Shown here one piece after another: positions 45,346-53,693 of a DNA stretch of 64,000 bases. The position numbers and the translations under genes are program-made. This DNA is from Bacillota bacterium. Its GTDB lineage: Bacteria; Bacillota_I; Bacilli_A; RFN20; CAG-826. The notes below the pieces were generated by a model that was not told the DNA's origin, ran no database searches, and saw only the letters and a list, made by a program, of their open reading frames with translations. Location: contig JAUNOH010000007.1 in the NCBI GenBank assembly GCA_030537155.1, positions 8,785-72,784 of the forward strand, given 5' to 3'. Each line of letters starts with the position of its first letter. Position 1 is the stretch's first letter.

Positions 45346-46482
45346 ATGATCGAATTCTCCTATAGCCCCAATTACCTCCCGAAAGCGAGGCTATCATTCG
45401 CCTATCCCGGGTCCGGGCTCTGCTTTTTTTCCGGGCTGAAGGCCGAGGAGATAATCGACATCCTCTCCCTCAAGGGGCTATTGAAGTATTCGGGTTTCTT
45501 CAGGGTCAATGGCTTCGACTTGCTCGATTTTAAAAACCCCAAGCGCGACTTTTACCCCATCGCCCACATCAAGGCCCACGATAAATCGTATGAGAGATTA
45601 TCCAGCCAGGTGCCCGAGGAGGGTGTGCTGGAGACCGATGCGGTCGATGTGGCGGTGGAGAAATACCTCCAACGTTATGAAGTCGACGAGGAACTTCAGG
45701 ATAATTTCCTCGCCCTATTAAGGGCCGTGTATGAGGAACTATCGGCCCATGCGGCCTATGTGCTTTTGGATCTATCAGAGGTGAATAGGGGCTTTTGCTA
45801 CGCCATCGTCGATCTTTTGGGCAAGGTTTTATCCTCCCGCGAGATCTACGTCTACGCCCCCGGGCTATTGGAATATCCGAATTACGACATCAACTTCTAC
45901 AAGGACATCAAGCAGTTCGTCGACGAGAAGGAGGCCCCCAACCCCTCCGCCACCTCCGAGGAGATATTCAAGCGCCAGGCCATGACCTCCTTTTTGACTG
46001 ACCTCCACCTCGAGGAGGGAGGCGGCAAAAGGCGGCGTGGCGTCTCATTGAAAATAAAAAAGCCGCCGCGGGAGAAATTATTCCTCTGGCTATCCAACCT
46101 TTGCAGTTTGCTTTCGATCGCGCCTTTGATCGTCTTATACGCCGTGGGCTGCTCGGCCACCCCCTTCGTCATCTGCATTCTGCTAAACCTCATCCTCACC
46201 TCGGTGGCCATGGGCTTTTTGGTGGTCTGTAACGGCGCCAAAGCCGAAAAGCACGTCTATCAAAACCGCTTTTTGACCCTCTCGATGATCTTCTTCACGG
46301 TGGCCCTTTCCTTCAATGGCTTCTACTCCCTTGGCTTTGGGATCGGCTTATCCTGGCGGCCCGAGGCCTATTACTTCGTCTTGCCCATCGCCACCAACTT
46401 CGGCTTTGCCCTCTCCCTCTGGGCCGCGGCTTATTTTGGCAACCACGTTTTATTCGGCAATCCCACCAACGGCGGAAAATGA
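45346..46482 (+). CDS. protein with a degenerate ABC-NBD-like N-terminal domain fused to about 4 C-terminal TM segments
   Basis: The N-terminus aligns by eye to an ABC NBD, but the P-loop reads FFSGLKAEE, the signature-like block reads LSSQV and the Walker-B-like block reads VLLDLSE. The C-terminal third is hydrophobic. Confidence 0.55.
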   Translation: MIEFSYSPNYLPKARLSFAYPGSGLCFFSGLKAEEIIDILSLKGLLKYSGFFRVNGFDLLDFKNPKRDFYPIAHIKAHDKSYERLSSQVPEEGVLETDAVDVAVEKYLQRYEVDEELQDNFLALLRAVYEELSAHAAYVLLDLSEVNRGFCYAIVDLLGKVLSSREIYVYAPGLLEYPNYDINFYKDIKQFVDEKEAPNPSATSEEIFKRQAMTSFLTDLHLEEGGGKRRRGVSLKIKKPPREKLFLWLSNLCSLLSIAPLIVLYAVGCSATPFVICILLNLILTSVAMGFLVVCNGAKAEKHVYQNRFLTLSMIFFTVALSFNGFYSLGFGIGLSWRPEAYYFVLPIATNFGFALSLWAAAYFGNHVLFGNPTNGGK

Positions 46483-46540
46483 TACCCCTTTCAACTATTT
46501 AGTTGACAGGGCGGGAAAAAATCATTTTGATATACGGGCT

Positions 46541-47614
46541 ATGGATAAATCTACCCGCAAAGCGCTGCATAATGCCATGGACCAGTTCTCCTATCACGGG
46601 GATCTATATCAGGCCACGCCCATCTCCAAGGGCCGGATAAACGAGACGTATTTGCTTAAGTTTTACCAAAACCACGAGCACCGTTACGTCATCCAAAGGC
46701 TCAACCACGATTTCTTCAAATACCCCCAGGTAGTCGCCGATAACGTCACCTCCATCGCTGAATACCTCGAGCAGAAGGTGCTCGAGAGGGGAGGGGACCC
46801 CCGTTCGGATTCCATCAACATCGTCTACACCAAGGATCTAAAGCCCTATTACGTCGATGAGGATGGCTCCTATTGGCGTTCCTACCGCTATATCGACGGG
46901 AAGAGCTTAGCTAAGCCGAGCTTCCGCCAGTTTTATCGGATCGGGAGGTGCTATGGCTATTTCCATCTGGATCTGCTCTCCTTCCCGCTAGATGTTCTAA
47001 AGCATTCCGATGCCCCCTTCCACGACGTGGAGAGGAGATTGTCCCACCTCGAGAAGGCCATCGCCGAGAACAAGGTGAAGCGCGTCTATTTCGCCCAGGA
47101 GGAGATTGATTCCCTTAGGGAACTAAGCTACCTCAAGGACATCCTCAAGTCTTATAAGCTGCCCCTCAGGGTCTGTCACAACGAGGCCATCATCGATAAC
47201 GTCCTGACCAAGAAGAAGAAAACCGTCGTCCTCGATTTGGACACGGTGGCCCCGGGTTACCTCTGCTATGACTATGGCGACCTCATCAGAAGCGGCTGCT
47301 ACCGCCTCAATGAGGATGGCGGCGAGAAGAAGGGCCGCTTCGACATCAAGCTATTCGCCGCCGGGACCGCCGGCTTCCTCGAATCCTTCGGGGCCCAGAT
47401 GAGCGGGGAAGAGCTCGCCTCCTTGGTGCCGGGCCTCATCTACGTCACCTACGAGAGGGCCCTCTTCTACACGATTGAGTATTTGATGGGGGATCCGCTT
47501 TGCCGGGTCAGGATGCCGGAGGATAACCTCCACCGCGCGAGGGCCCAACTATCCCTGCTTAAGCAGATACTCAGCAAGAAAGAAGCCCTCCAGCAGATCG
47601 TGGAGTCGTTATAA
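46541..47614 (+). CDS. APH-fold sugar kinase resembling N-acetylhexosamine 1-kinase (NahK)
   Basis: LPLRVCHNEAIIDNVL and VLDLDTVAPGYLCYDYGD parallel the NahK blocks LPLRVTHNDTKLNNIL and IIDLDTIMPGSMLFDFGD (recalled from memory). I use ATG 46541; the track start 46316 overlaps the previous gene. Confidence 0.7.
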   Translation: MDKSTRKALHNAMDQFSYHGDLYQATPISKGRINETYLLKFYQNHEHRYVIQRLNHDFFKYPQVVADNVTSIAEYLEQKVLERGGDPRSDSINIVYTKDLKPYYVDEDGSYWRSYRYIDGKSLAKPSFRQFYRIGRCYGYFHLDLLSFPLDVLKHSDAPFHDVERRLSHLEKAIAENKVKRVYFAQEEIDSLRELSYLKDILKSYKLPLRVCHNEAIIDNVLTKKKKTVVLDLDTVAPGYLCYDYGDLIRSGCYRLNEDGGEKKGRFDIKLFAAGTAGFLESFGAQMSGEELASLVPGLIYVTYERALFYTIEYLMGDPLCRVRMPEDNLHRARAQLSLLKQILSKKEALQQIVESL

Positions 47615-47626
47615 GAGAAATGATTT

Positions 47627-47653
47627 AGCCTTGAGATTATCAAGGCTTTTTAT
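47627..47653 (+). terminator. intrinsic terminator after the NahK-like gene
   Basis: Stem AGCCTTGA / TCAAGGCT followed by TTTTATTT. Confidence 0.75.
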
Positions 47654-47712
47654 TTGGCGTTTTAGGGTACAATTTTCGCCAATCCTAGGAATTTTGACCC
47701 CTAAAACGCCAA
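47654..47712. repeat. 59-bp palindrome-ended element, copy A
   Basis: Perfect 14-bp terminal inverted arms TTGGCGTTTTAGGG...CCCTAAAACGCCAA and a central CCTAGG. 48/59 positions are identical to copy B by hand alignment. Confidence 0.85.
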
Positions 47713-48927
47713 TTATCTAATTTCCCATTCCTCGGATAGGAGGAAGTCCTTGATGAGCCTGAGGTGTCTGATGCCCCGATAATCATAATTTAGAGGATCG
47801 AGGGAAATGACATATTTGGGATAGGCGTTATCAAGGGAGAGGAGAGAGGCGTATTCTCTTTCCCTGGTTTTTGTTTCCATCAATGAATAGGTCACTTGGA
47901 AATAGGCGAGTTTTCCGCCTTTTTCGGCGACGAAGTCTATTTCCCCTTTTTGGAGGTTGCCAACCCTTACTCGATAGCCGCGCGAAGACAACTCCAGAAA
48001 GACGATGTTCTCCAGCATCGAGGAATAATCGAGTTCCATCGCCGGGGCGAGTGCCTTTCTGATACCCAGATCGGTGAGATAGCTCTTGCTGTGAGCTTTT
48101 AGAGACTGCTTGCCCTTCAGGAAATCTGGCTTGAGCAAATAGATGAGTTTGGCTTTTTCCAACAGGTTCACGTATTTGCCAATCGTTTTCCTCGTGGTTT
48201 TAACCCCCTCGCCCCTGAGGTATTTTTGAATTGAAGAGTAGGAGATGGTGATTCCGGGATTCAGGCAGATATAGGTCAAAACCGCCTCGAAAAGCTCCTC
48301 GTTCCTGACGCGCTTGGACAGATCTTTTTTTATGATCTCCCCGATTATGGATTCGACATAGATCCCAACCTCTTGCTTGGCGTAGGAATATCGGCGAGGC
48401 AAGCCGCCATATGTCATATAGTCCTGCAGTTTCTCGAAATCATCCTCGCCTGTCAGCCCCCCATAGAGGTGGGCCTCCCTGAATGAGAATGGGTATATCT
48501 CAAAGCTTATGTAACGGCCAGTCAGGTAGGTGGAAAGCTCCCCCGACATCAAGTAGGAATTGCTGCCGGTTATGAAGATGGAACATTCGCCCTCGGCCCT
48601 ATAGGCTTCGATTACCTCCTCGAATCCTTTGGCTCTCTGAATCTCGTCGACGAAGAGGTAGAAACCCTTTTTGGATTCGCATCTTTCCCCCAACAGCTTT
48701 TCCAGGGCCTCCGCGTTTTTTATGTTTTTATAACCGCGCCTCTCGAGATTGATGTAGATGATATCTTCCTCCCTGACGCCCCTTTCGCTCAATTCATCAA
48801 TTATTTGCTCAAGGATGGTGCTTTTGCCTGCACGCCTCATTCCCTCGAGGACCTTGATCATCTCACGGTCATCGTAAAACGGTCTAATCTTTGACAAATA
48901 CGTTTCCCTGATCAGCTTTTTCGTCAT
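47713..48927 (-). CDS. AAA+ ATPase of the AAA_14 + DUF4143 type (COG1373-like)
   Basis: Walker A GMRRAGKST and Walker B FYLFVDEIQ. The C-terminal region GEIDFVAEKGGKLAYFQVTYS resembles the DUF4143 nuclease-fold motif. Confidence 0.8.
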   Translation of the reverse strand: MTKKLIRETYLSKIRPFYDDREMIKVLEGMRRAGKSTILEQIIDELSERGVREEDIIYINLERRGYKNIKNAEALEKLLGERCESKKGFYLFVDEIQRAKGFEEVIEAYRAEGECSIFITGSNSYLMSGELSTYLTGRYISFEIYPFSFREAHLYGGLTGEDDFEKLQDYMTYGGLPRRYSYAKQEVGIYVESIIGEIIKKDLSKRVRNEELFEAVLTYICLNPGITISYSSIQKYLRGEGVKTTRKTIGKYVNLLEKAKLIYLLKPDFLKGKQSLKAHSKSYLTDLGIRKALAPAMELDYSSMLENIVFLELSSRGYRVRVGNLQKGEIDFVAEKGGKLAYFQVTYSLMETKTREREYASLLSLDNAYPKYVISLDPLNYDYRGIRHLRLIKDFLLSEEWEIR

Positions 48928-48936
48928 AGCAGTGAC

Positions 48937-48942
48937 ATTATA
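48937..48942 (-). promoter_or_regulatory. -10 box TATAAT 9 nt upstream of ATG 48927 (leaderless-type layout)
   Basis: The minus strand reads TATAAT-GTCACTGCT-ATG with no SD. Confidence 0.45.
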
Positions 48943-48982
48943 GCTTCTTTTTTGGCCTAGGGATTTACATTTTGTTGGTTAA

Positions 48983-49041
48983 TTGGCCTTTTAGGGTTCG
49001 CTTTTCATTAATCTTAGGAATTTCGGCCCCTAAAACGCCAT
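48983..49041. repeat. 59-bp palindrome-ended element, copy B
   Basis: TTGGCCTTTTAGGG...CCCTAAAACGCCAT with a central CTTAGG, in the same orientation as copy A. Confidence 0.85.
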
Positions 49042-49107
49042 TTAACTGTTCATAGATATATTTACTCCAAAAGTGGATGCTATATTTTTCTTTCGCCAGC
49101 GCGCCTG

Positions 49108-49116
49108 TGCTAAACT
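49108..49116 (+). promoter_or_regulatory. extended -10 TGcTAAACT 9 nt upstream of the hddA ATG (leaderless-type layout)
   Basis: TGCTAAACT-ATCAAAGTT-ATG with no SD. Confidence 0.45.
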
Positions 49117-49125
49117 ATCAAAGTT

Positions 49126-50106
49126 ATGATCATTTCGCGCGCGCCATTCCGGGTTTCCTTCTGCGGAGGGGGATCCGACATTCCGGCCTTCTACGAGAAA
49201 TACGGCGGAGCCGTGGTTTCCACCAGCATCAAGAAGTACATGTACCTCTGCCTGAATCCCTCTTTCGATTCCCATCAGATCGCCCTCAAATACTCCCAGA
49301 CGGAGATCGTCGATGACCCCAGCAAGATCGACCACAAGATCTTCCGCCAGGTGTTAAGTGACTTCGGCATCCGCGGGGTGGAGATCACCTCGATGGCCGA
49401 CATATCCGCCGGGACGGGCTTAGGCTCCTCCAGCACCTTCACGGTCGCCCTCTTAAAATTGCTATACACCTATCAGGGGAGATACGCCTCAAACTACAAG
49501 ATCGCCAAGGAGGCCTGCGAAGTTGAGATAAATAAACTCGGCCATCCCATCGGGAAGCAAGACCAATTCGCCGCCGCCTTCGGGGGCTTGAAATACTACG
49601 AATTCCAGCCCGATGGCTTCGTCAAGGTCGAGCCGATCGTCATGCATAAGGACTCCTACGCCAAGATGCAGGAGAACCTATTGATGTTCTACACCGGAAA
49701 GCTCCACTCTGCCGATGCCATCTTGGCCGAGCAGACCAAGAGCCTCGAATCCGAGAATGAGAAGATCGAGGCCACCAAGAGACTCGTCGAGCTGGCCAAA
49801 GAATTGAAGGCCAAACTCGAGGATAATAACATCGACGCCTTGGGCGATTGCCTAAAGGCCAACTGGGAGATTAAGCGGACCCTGGCCAAGGGCATCACCA
49901 ATCCCCTGGTCGACGAATCGTATCAAAAGGCCATGGCCGCCGGGGCCAAGGGAGGCAAACTCCTGGGCGCCGGGGGTGGTGGATTCCTGCTTTTCTATGC
50001 GAATGAGGAATCCGACCGCCAGAGGATAAGGGCCGCCCTGCCGGAATTAAGGGAAAGCAAATTCGAACTGGATCAGGCCGGCTGCTCCATCGTCTTCATG
50101 GAATAG
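49126..50106 (+). CDS. hddA: D-glycero-alpha-D-manno-heptose 7-phosphate kinase (GHMP kinase)
   Basis: N-terminal MIISRAPFRVSFCGGGSDIPAFY and GHMP motif GTGLGSSS. Adjacent to gmhA. Confidence 0.8.
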   Translation: MIISRAPFRVSFCGGGSDIPAFYEKYGGAVVSTSIKKYMYLCLNPSFDSHQIALKYSQTEIVDDPSKIDHKIFRQVLSDFGIRGVEITSMADISAGTGLGSSSTFTVALLKLLYTYQGRYASNYKIAKEACEVEINKLGHPIGKQDQFAAAFGGLKYYEFQPDGFVKVEPIVMHKDSYAKMQENLLMFYTGKLHSADAILAEQTKSLESENEKIEATKRLVELAKELKAKLEDNNIDALGDCLKANWEIKRTLAKGITNPLVDESYQKAMAAGAKGGKLLGAGGGGFLLFYANEESDRQRIRAALPELRESKFELDQAGCSIVFME

Positions 50107-50113
50107 GAAACTT

Positions 50114-50722
50114 ATGGTGGACTTTAAGGACAAGATAAAAGCCTACTACAGGCTTGAAATCGAGATCATCGAGAAATTGGACGTCGACTCGCTAAACGAG
50201 GCCCTGAATTGCCTTTTGAGGCATTTCGAGGCCGGAAGCCGCGTCTACATCATGGGCAATGGCGGGAGCTCCGCGACCGCGAGCCACTTCGTCTGCGACT
50301 TCAATAAGGGCGTCTGCTCGGAACTGGATAAACGCTTCGACTTCATCTGCCTAAACGACAACATCCCGACCCTGATGGCTGTGGCTAACGACATCAGTTT
50401 CGAGAATGTCTTCCTCTATCAGCTCGAGCACAAGCTGAAGAAGGAGGATCTGGTGATCGCCATCTCGGGATCGGGCAACTCACATAACGTCGTCAAGGCC
50501 GTCGAATACGCCAAGTCAATCGGGAGCGAGATCATCGCCATGACCGGTTATTCCGGTGGCAAGCTCGCCAAATTATGTGACATCCACATGCACGTCCCAG
50601 TCGATGACATGCAGATAACCGAGGATCTCCACATGGGTTTCGACCACATGATGATGAAGATACTCTGGACATATTTAATGGAGAAAGATGGCAAGCAAGC
50701 CATCTACAGGATCAACCAATGA
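50114..50722 (+). CDS. gmhA: phosphoheptose (sedoheptulose-7-phosphate) isomerase, SIS domain
   Basis: GNGGSSATASHFVCDF and ISGSGNS motifs. Confidence 0.85.
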   Translation: MVDFKDKIKAYYRLEIEIIEKLDVDSLNEALNCLLRHFEAGSRVYIMGNGGSSATASHFVCDFNKGVCSELDKRFDFICLNDNIPTLMAVANDISFENVFLYQLEHKLKKEDLVIAISGSGNSHNVVKAVEYAKSIGSEIIAMTGYSGGKLAKLCDIHMHVPVDDMQITEDLHMGFDHMMMKILWTYLMEKDGKQAIYRINQ

Positions 50723-51684
50723 AAAAAGCGTACGTGACCGGCGCCGGCGGAATGGTCGGCAGCCACCTAGTCGGCATCTTGAGGGGCAGGGGATACGAGG
50801 TCGTGGGCTCCTACTACCACCCGACCACCGACATCAGTGAGATCGACCCCGGGGTCAAGCTGTTTGAGCTGGACATCAGGGACCATCAGAAGATGATGGA
50901 CTTCATCCTCTCGTATAAGCCCGACGTCATCTTCCATCTGGCCGCCCAGAGCTTCCCCGTCCTCTCCTGGAGCGACCCCTATTACACGATGGACGTCAAC
51001 GTCAACGGGACGGTCGGCCTGTTCGAGGCCGTCAAGAGGGCCAGATCCGAGGATCCGGGATACGACCCGATGTGCGTGGTCGTCTCCTCCTCGGCCATCT
51101 ACGGCGAGGCCCTGCTCTCCTATTCCCCGGATAACCTCCCCAAGGAGGACTGCGATCTATTGCCCCTCCACCCCTATGGCGTCTCCAAGGTGGCGGAGGA
51201 TCTGCTCTGCTTCCAGTATTGCCGTAACTTCGGCATCAGGACGGCCAGGGTGCGCCTATTCAACTGCACCGGGCCCCGGAAGGTCGGGGACATAACCGCC
51301 GACTTCACCAAGCGGGCCGTGCTCCTCGAGAAGGAGGGCTCAAACAAGCTCGTCGTCGGGAACCTCACCGCCTTGCGCGCCATCCTTGACGTCAGGGACC
51401 TCTGCGATGGGCTCATCATCCTCGGCGAGAAGGCCGCCCCGGGCGAGGCCTACAACATCTGCTCCTCCCACATCTTCAGGATGGACCACGTGGTCAGCTG
51501 CATCGAGGAGATCATGGGCGTCAAATTCGAGCTGGTCCAGGACCCGAAACTCCTCCGTCCGGCCGACGAGAGGCTATACGCCGGGAACTGCGACAAGATA
51601 AAGGCCCTCGGCTGGGTCGAGAGATACACCTACAAGCAGACCGTCAGCGACATGATCGACTACTGGCGGAAGAAACTAGCCTAA
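50719..51684 (+). CDS. extended-SDR NAD-dependent epimerase/dehydratase, plausibly acting on GDP-heptose
   Basis: Rossmann GAGGMVGSH and catalytic YGVSK. 4-nt overlap with gmhA. Substrate is inferred only from context. Confidence 0.7.
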   Translation: MKKAYVTGAGGMVGSHLVGILRGRGYEVVGSYYHPTTDISEIDPGVKLFELDIRDHQKMMDFILSYKPDVIFHLAAQSFPVLSWSDPYYTMDVNVNGTVGLFEAVKRARSEDPGYDPMCVVVSSSAIYGEALLSYSPDNLPKEDCDLLPLHPYGVSKVAEDLLCFQYCRNFGIRTARVRLFNCTGPRKVGDITADFTKRAVLLEKEGSNKLVVGNLTALRAILDVRDLCDGLIILGEKAAPGEAYNICSSHIFRMDHVVSCIEEIMGVKFELVQDPKLLRPADERLYAGNCDKIKALGWVERYTYKQTVSDMIDYWRKKLA

Positions 51685-51739
51685 AGAAAAAGCGGGGGCG
51701 TGAACTGTACCCCGTTTCTGACAGCCTGAATAAAAAAGG

Positions 51740-51772
51740 CCTCCTATCGTAAAATGTCGGTAGGAGGTTTTT
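51740..51772 (+). terminator. intrinsic terminator after the SDR gene
   Basis: Stem CCTCCTA...TAGGAGG followed by TTTTT. A weaker hairpin lies at about 51690-51715. Confidence 0.6.
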
Positions 51773-51932
51773 CATATGGCGGTCAAGTTGCGTGTGGTTT
51801 AGCAGCTGAATTTGGCAATCAACCCCCGAGCGATATTCAAGAACTTGTTGTGCAACTATTTTAAATTTCAGGAGCGCCTTTATAATTTTCATAATTCTTA
51901 TGGTCGATTTTTGATCATAAAAAGGAGGGGTT

Positions 51933-52790
51933 ATGAAGACTAGATATTTGGGTATACTCGCATTGTCTTGCCTTTTTATTATCGGTTGCTCGTCGTCCTC
52001 GTCTTCATCTTCTTCTCAGGTTGACCGCTTTGGAACGTTTGAGCGGAACTTTCTTTCAAAATATCCGGATGGATATACCCCGGCCGATGGCTGGTACACC
52101 ATCTCCCAAAACGTCATCCGAACGAATTCGACGTTGACCTCGTTCGATCAGAGCCGCATGAGCGTTTCGACCAGCACCATGACGGCCAACCTCGATTTCG
52201 ATGAATCGAACAAAGGAGAATATGTCGCCACGGCTAGTGCTTTTTCCCTGCTTTATTCGGAAGTGAAGGAAAGCGGCGAAAAATCTATTCGTGAAGAGGC
52301 TTTCAAAGGATATAGATATCGTTGCTCCGGCTATGACATACCAGCGGACGGAAGTGCCTATACAAATTATTTGAGCCAAGGGAGCAACACCGTACAAAAA
52401 GTCAGTTTGTCGTTCGGCTTGTTGCCTTTATATAACCTCGGTTTCGACGAAAACTTCCCACAGTATCTCGAAGAAGGGGATACCAGAATCGAATCGACCT
52501 GCGGCATCGGGATGAATGGAGAATATAACATCTACACCATCGTGATTTATGACGACGGCACCCTCTATCGGGAGAGGGCCTCTTTTTGGGCTTTCGACGA
52601 GGAATACACTCTTTCGTCAATGAATCTAGACACATATGAGTTAAACCGGGAGACCGGAATCTGTAACCGGATAACTAGCCAGTTGAGCAAAACCGATTCC
52701 ATCAGCCCCGACGTCAGCGGGACTTACGACGAGAAATATGAGGGGAATAGCCTATCCTATTCCTTCTTCCTCTCGCCGTATGAGGAGTGA
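51933..52790 (+). CDS. lipoprotein, unknown function (paralog of the next gene)
   Basis: Lipobox FIIGC followed by a poly-Ser linker. Strong SD AAAGGAGGGG. AT-rich codon usage. Confidence 0.75.
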   Translation: MKTRYLGILALSCLFIIGCSSSSSSSSSQVDRFGTFERNFLSKYPDGYTPADGWYTISQNVIRTNSTLTSFDQSRMSVSTSTMTANLDFDESNKGEYVATASAFSLLYSEVKESGEKSIREEAFKGYRYRCSGYDIPADGSAYTNYLSQGSNTVQKVSLSFGLLPLYNLGFDENFPQYLEEGDTRIESTCGIGMNGEYNIYTIVIYDDGTLYRERASFWAFDEEYTLSSMNLDTYELNRETGICNRITSQLSKTDSISPDVSGTYDEKYEGNSLSYSFFLSPYEE

Positions 52791-52793
52791 ATT

Positions 52794-53693
52794 ATGAAAA
52801 ATAGCATCCTGCTTTTGCCATTATCCATTCTCTCCATTTGTCTTTGCTCCTGCTCGCAAAAAAGCGACTACGAGAGGTTCAAGGAGGAATTCCTGGAACG
52901 TTATGGGGTCGGGGGCGTGCGTGCCAACTATATTCCTCGAAACGGTTACTATTCGATCTATACTTCTATAGTTGAAGACCAAAATTACTTCTCAGAGGCA
53001 AGCTTCGAAGGACATCTTGCCTTTACACGTGGGATCGCACCTTCATACCCGAATTCAAGCGAATTTCGTTACGTCAGAAAGGACTATGAGGCCGGCGAGC
53101 GGAGCAAGGAGACGCGCGTTCTTTTCGATGGTAAGAAGCTGAGTATCACCCAAACGAACATAACGTATGGTGACTCCATATCGTCCTCCAGCTCTCTAAG
53201 CGGCCGTTATGACGTAACTTCATGCGGCCTTACGATTCCTCTTGCTAATGGGGATTTCAATCTTCTTTTATTTTGGCCATATGATCAACGCCTGGCTGAT
53301 GGGGAAAGCAAAAACTTGTCCTTCGACGGGCTTGCCAGTTATTGGGATGTTGGAGTTGTTGGGAACACACTCATGGTCGAGAGCGGTGACATTTTGGAAA
53401 ATGTGTTGATTCAAGGAACATCAATCTACGAGTTCGATTCCGATTATCAGCTTGCAAAGACGGAATCCTACCTCTATTTCGAGCAGACGGATCATGCCGA
53501 TAGTTTGACTCAAAAAGAGTATCCGGCTTGCCGTTATCAATTTTATTCAAAGCTTGAATACGTTGACTCTATTGAGGATATCGTTCCTCTGGATTTCGCA
53601 CAGGAGGCCGATATCGAGGTGAAAGACGGATATGCCGACGACTTGTTCAACATGTATTTGTATAAACAATCATTGGAGGATACACAATTATGA
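52794..53693 (+). CDS. lipoprotein, unknown function (paralog of the previous gene)
   Basis: Lipobox LCSC. The N-terminal region ERFKEEFLERY...NGYYSIY parallels DRFGTFERNFLSKY...DGWYTIS of the previous gene. Confidence 0.7.
   Translation: MKNSILLLPLSILSICLCSCSQKSDYERFKEEFLERYGVGGVRANYIPRNGYYSIYTSIVEDQNYFSEASFEGHLAFTRGIAPSYPNSSEFRYVRKDYEAGERSKETRVLFDGKKLSITQTNITYGDSISSSSSLSGRYDVTSCGLTIPLANGDFNLLLFWPYDQRLADGESKNLSFDGLASYWDVGVVGNTLMVESGDILENVLIQGTSIYEFDSDYQLAKTESYLYFEQTDHADSLTQKEYPACRYQFYSKLEYVDSIEDIVPLDFAQEADIEVKDGYADDLFNMYLYKQSLEDTQL

Noticed and set aside
46316-46540. N-terminal extension of the NahK-like ORF in the track (start 46316), a P/S/A-rich sequence.
   Set aside because: It overlaps the 3' end of the 45346-46482 gene in another frame, has low-complexity composition, and homology to NahK begins only after ATG 46541.
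51644-51892. 82-aa minus-strand ORF at the left border of the AT-rich island.
   Set aside because: It overlaps the 3' end of the SDR gene and both terminator hairpins, and has no start signals. I treat it as non-coding.
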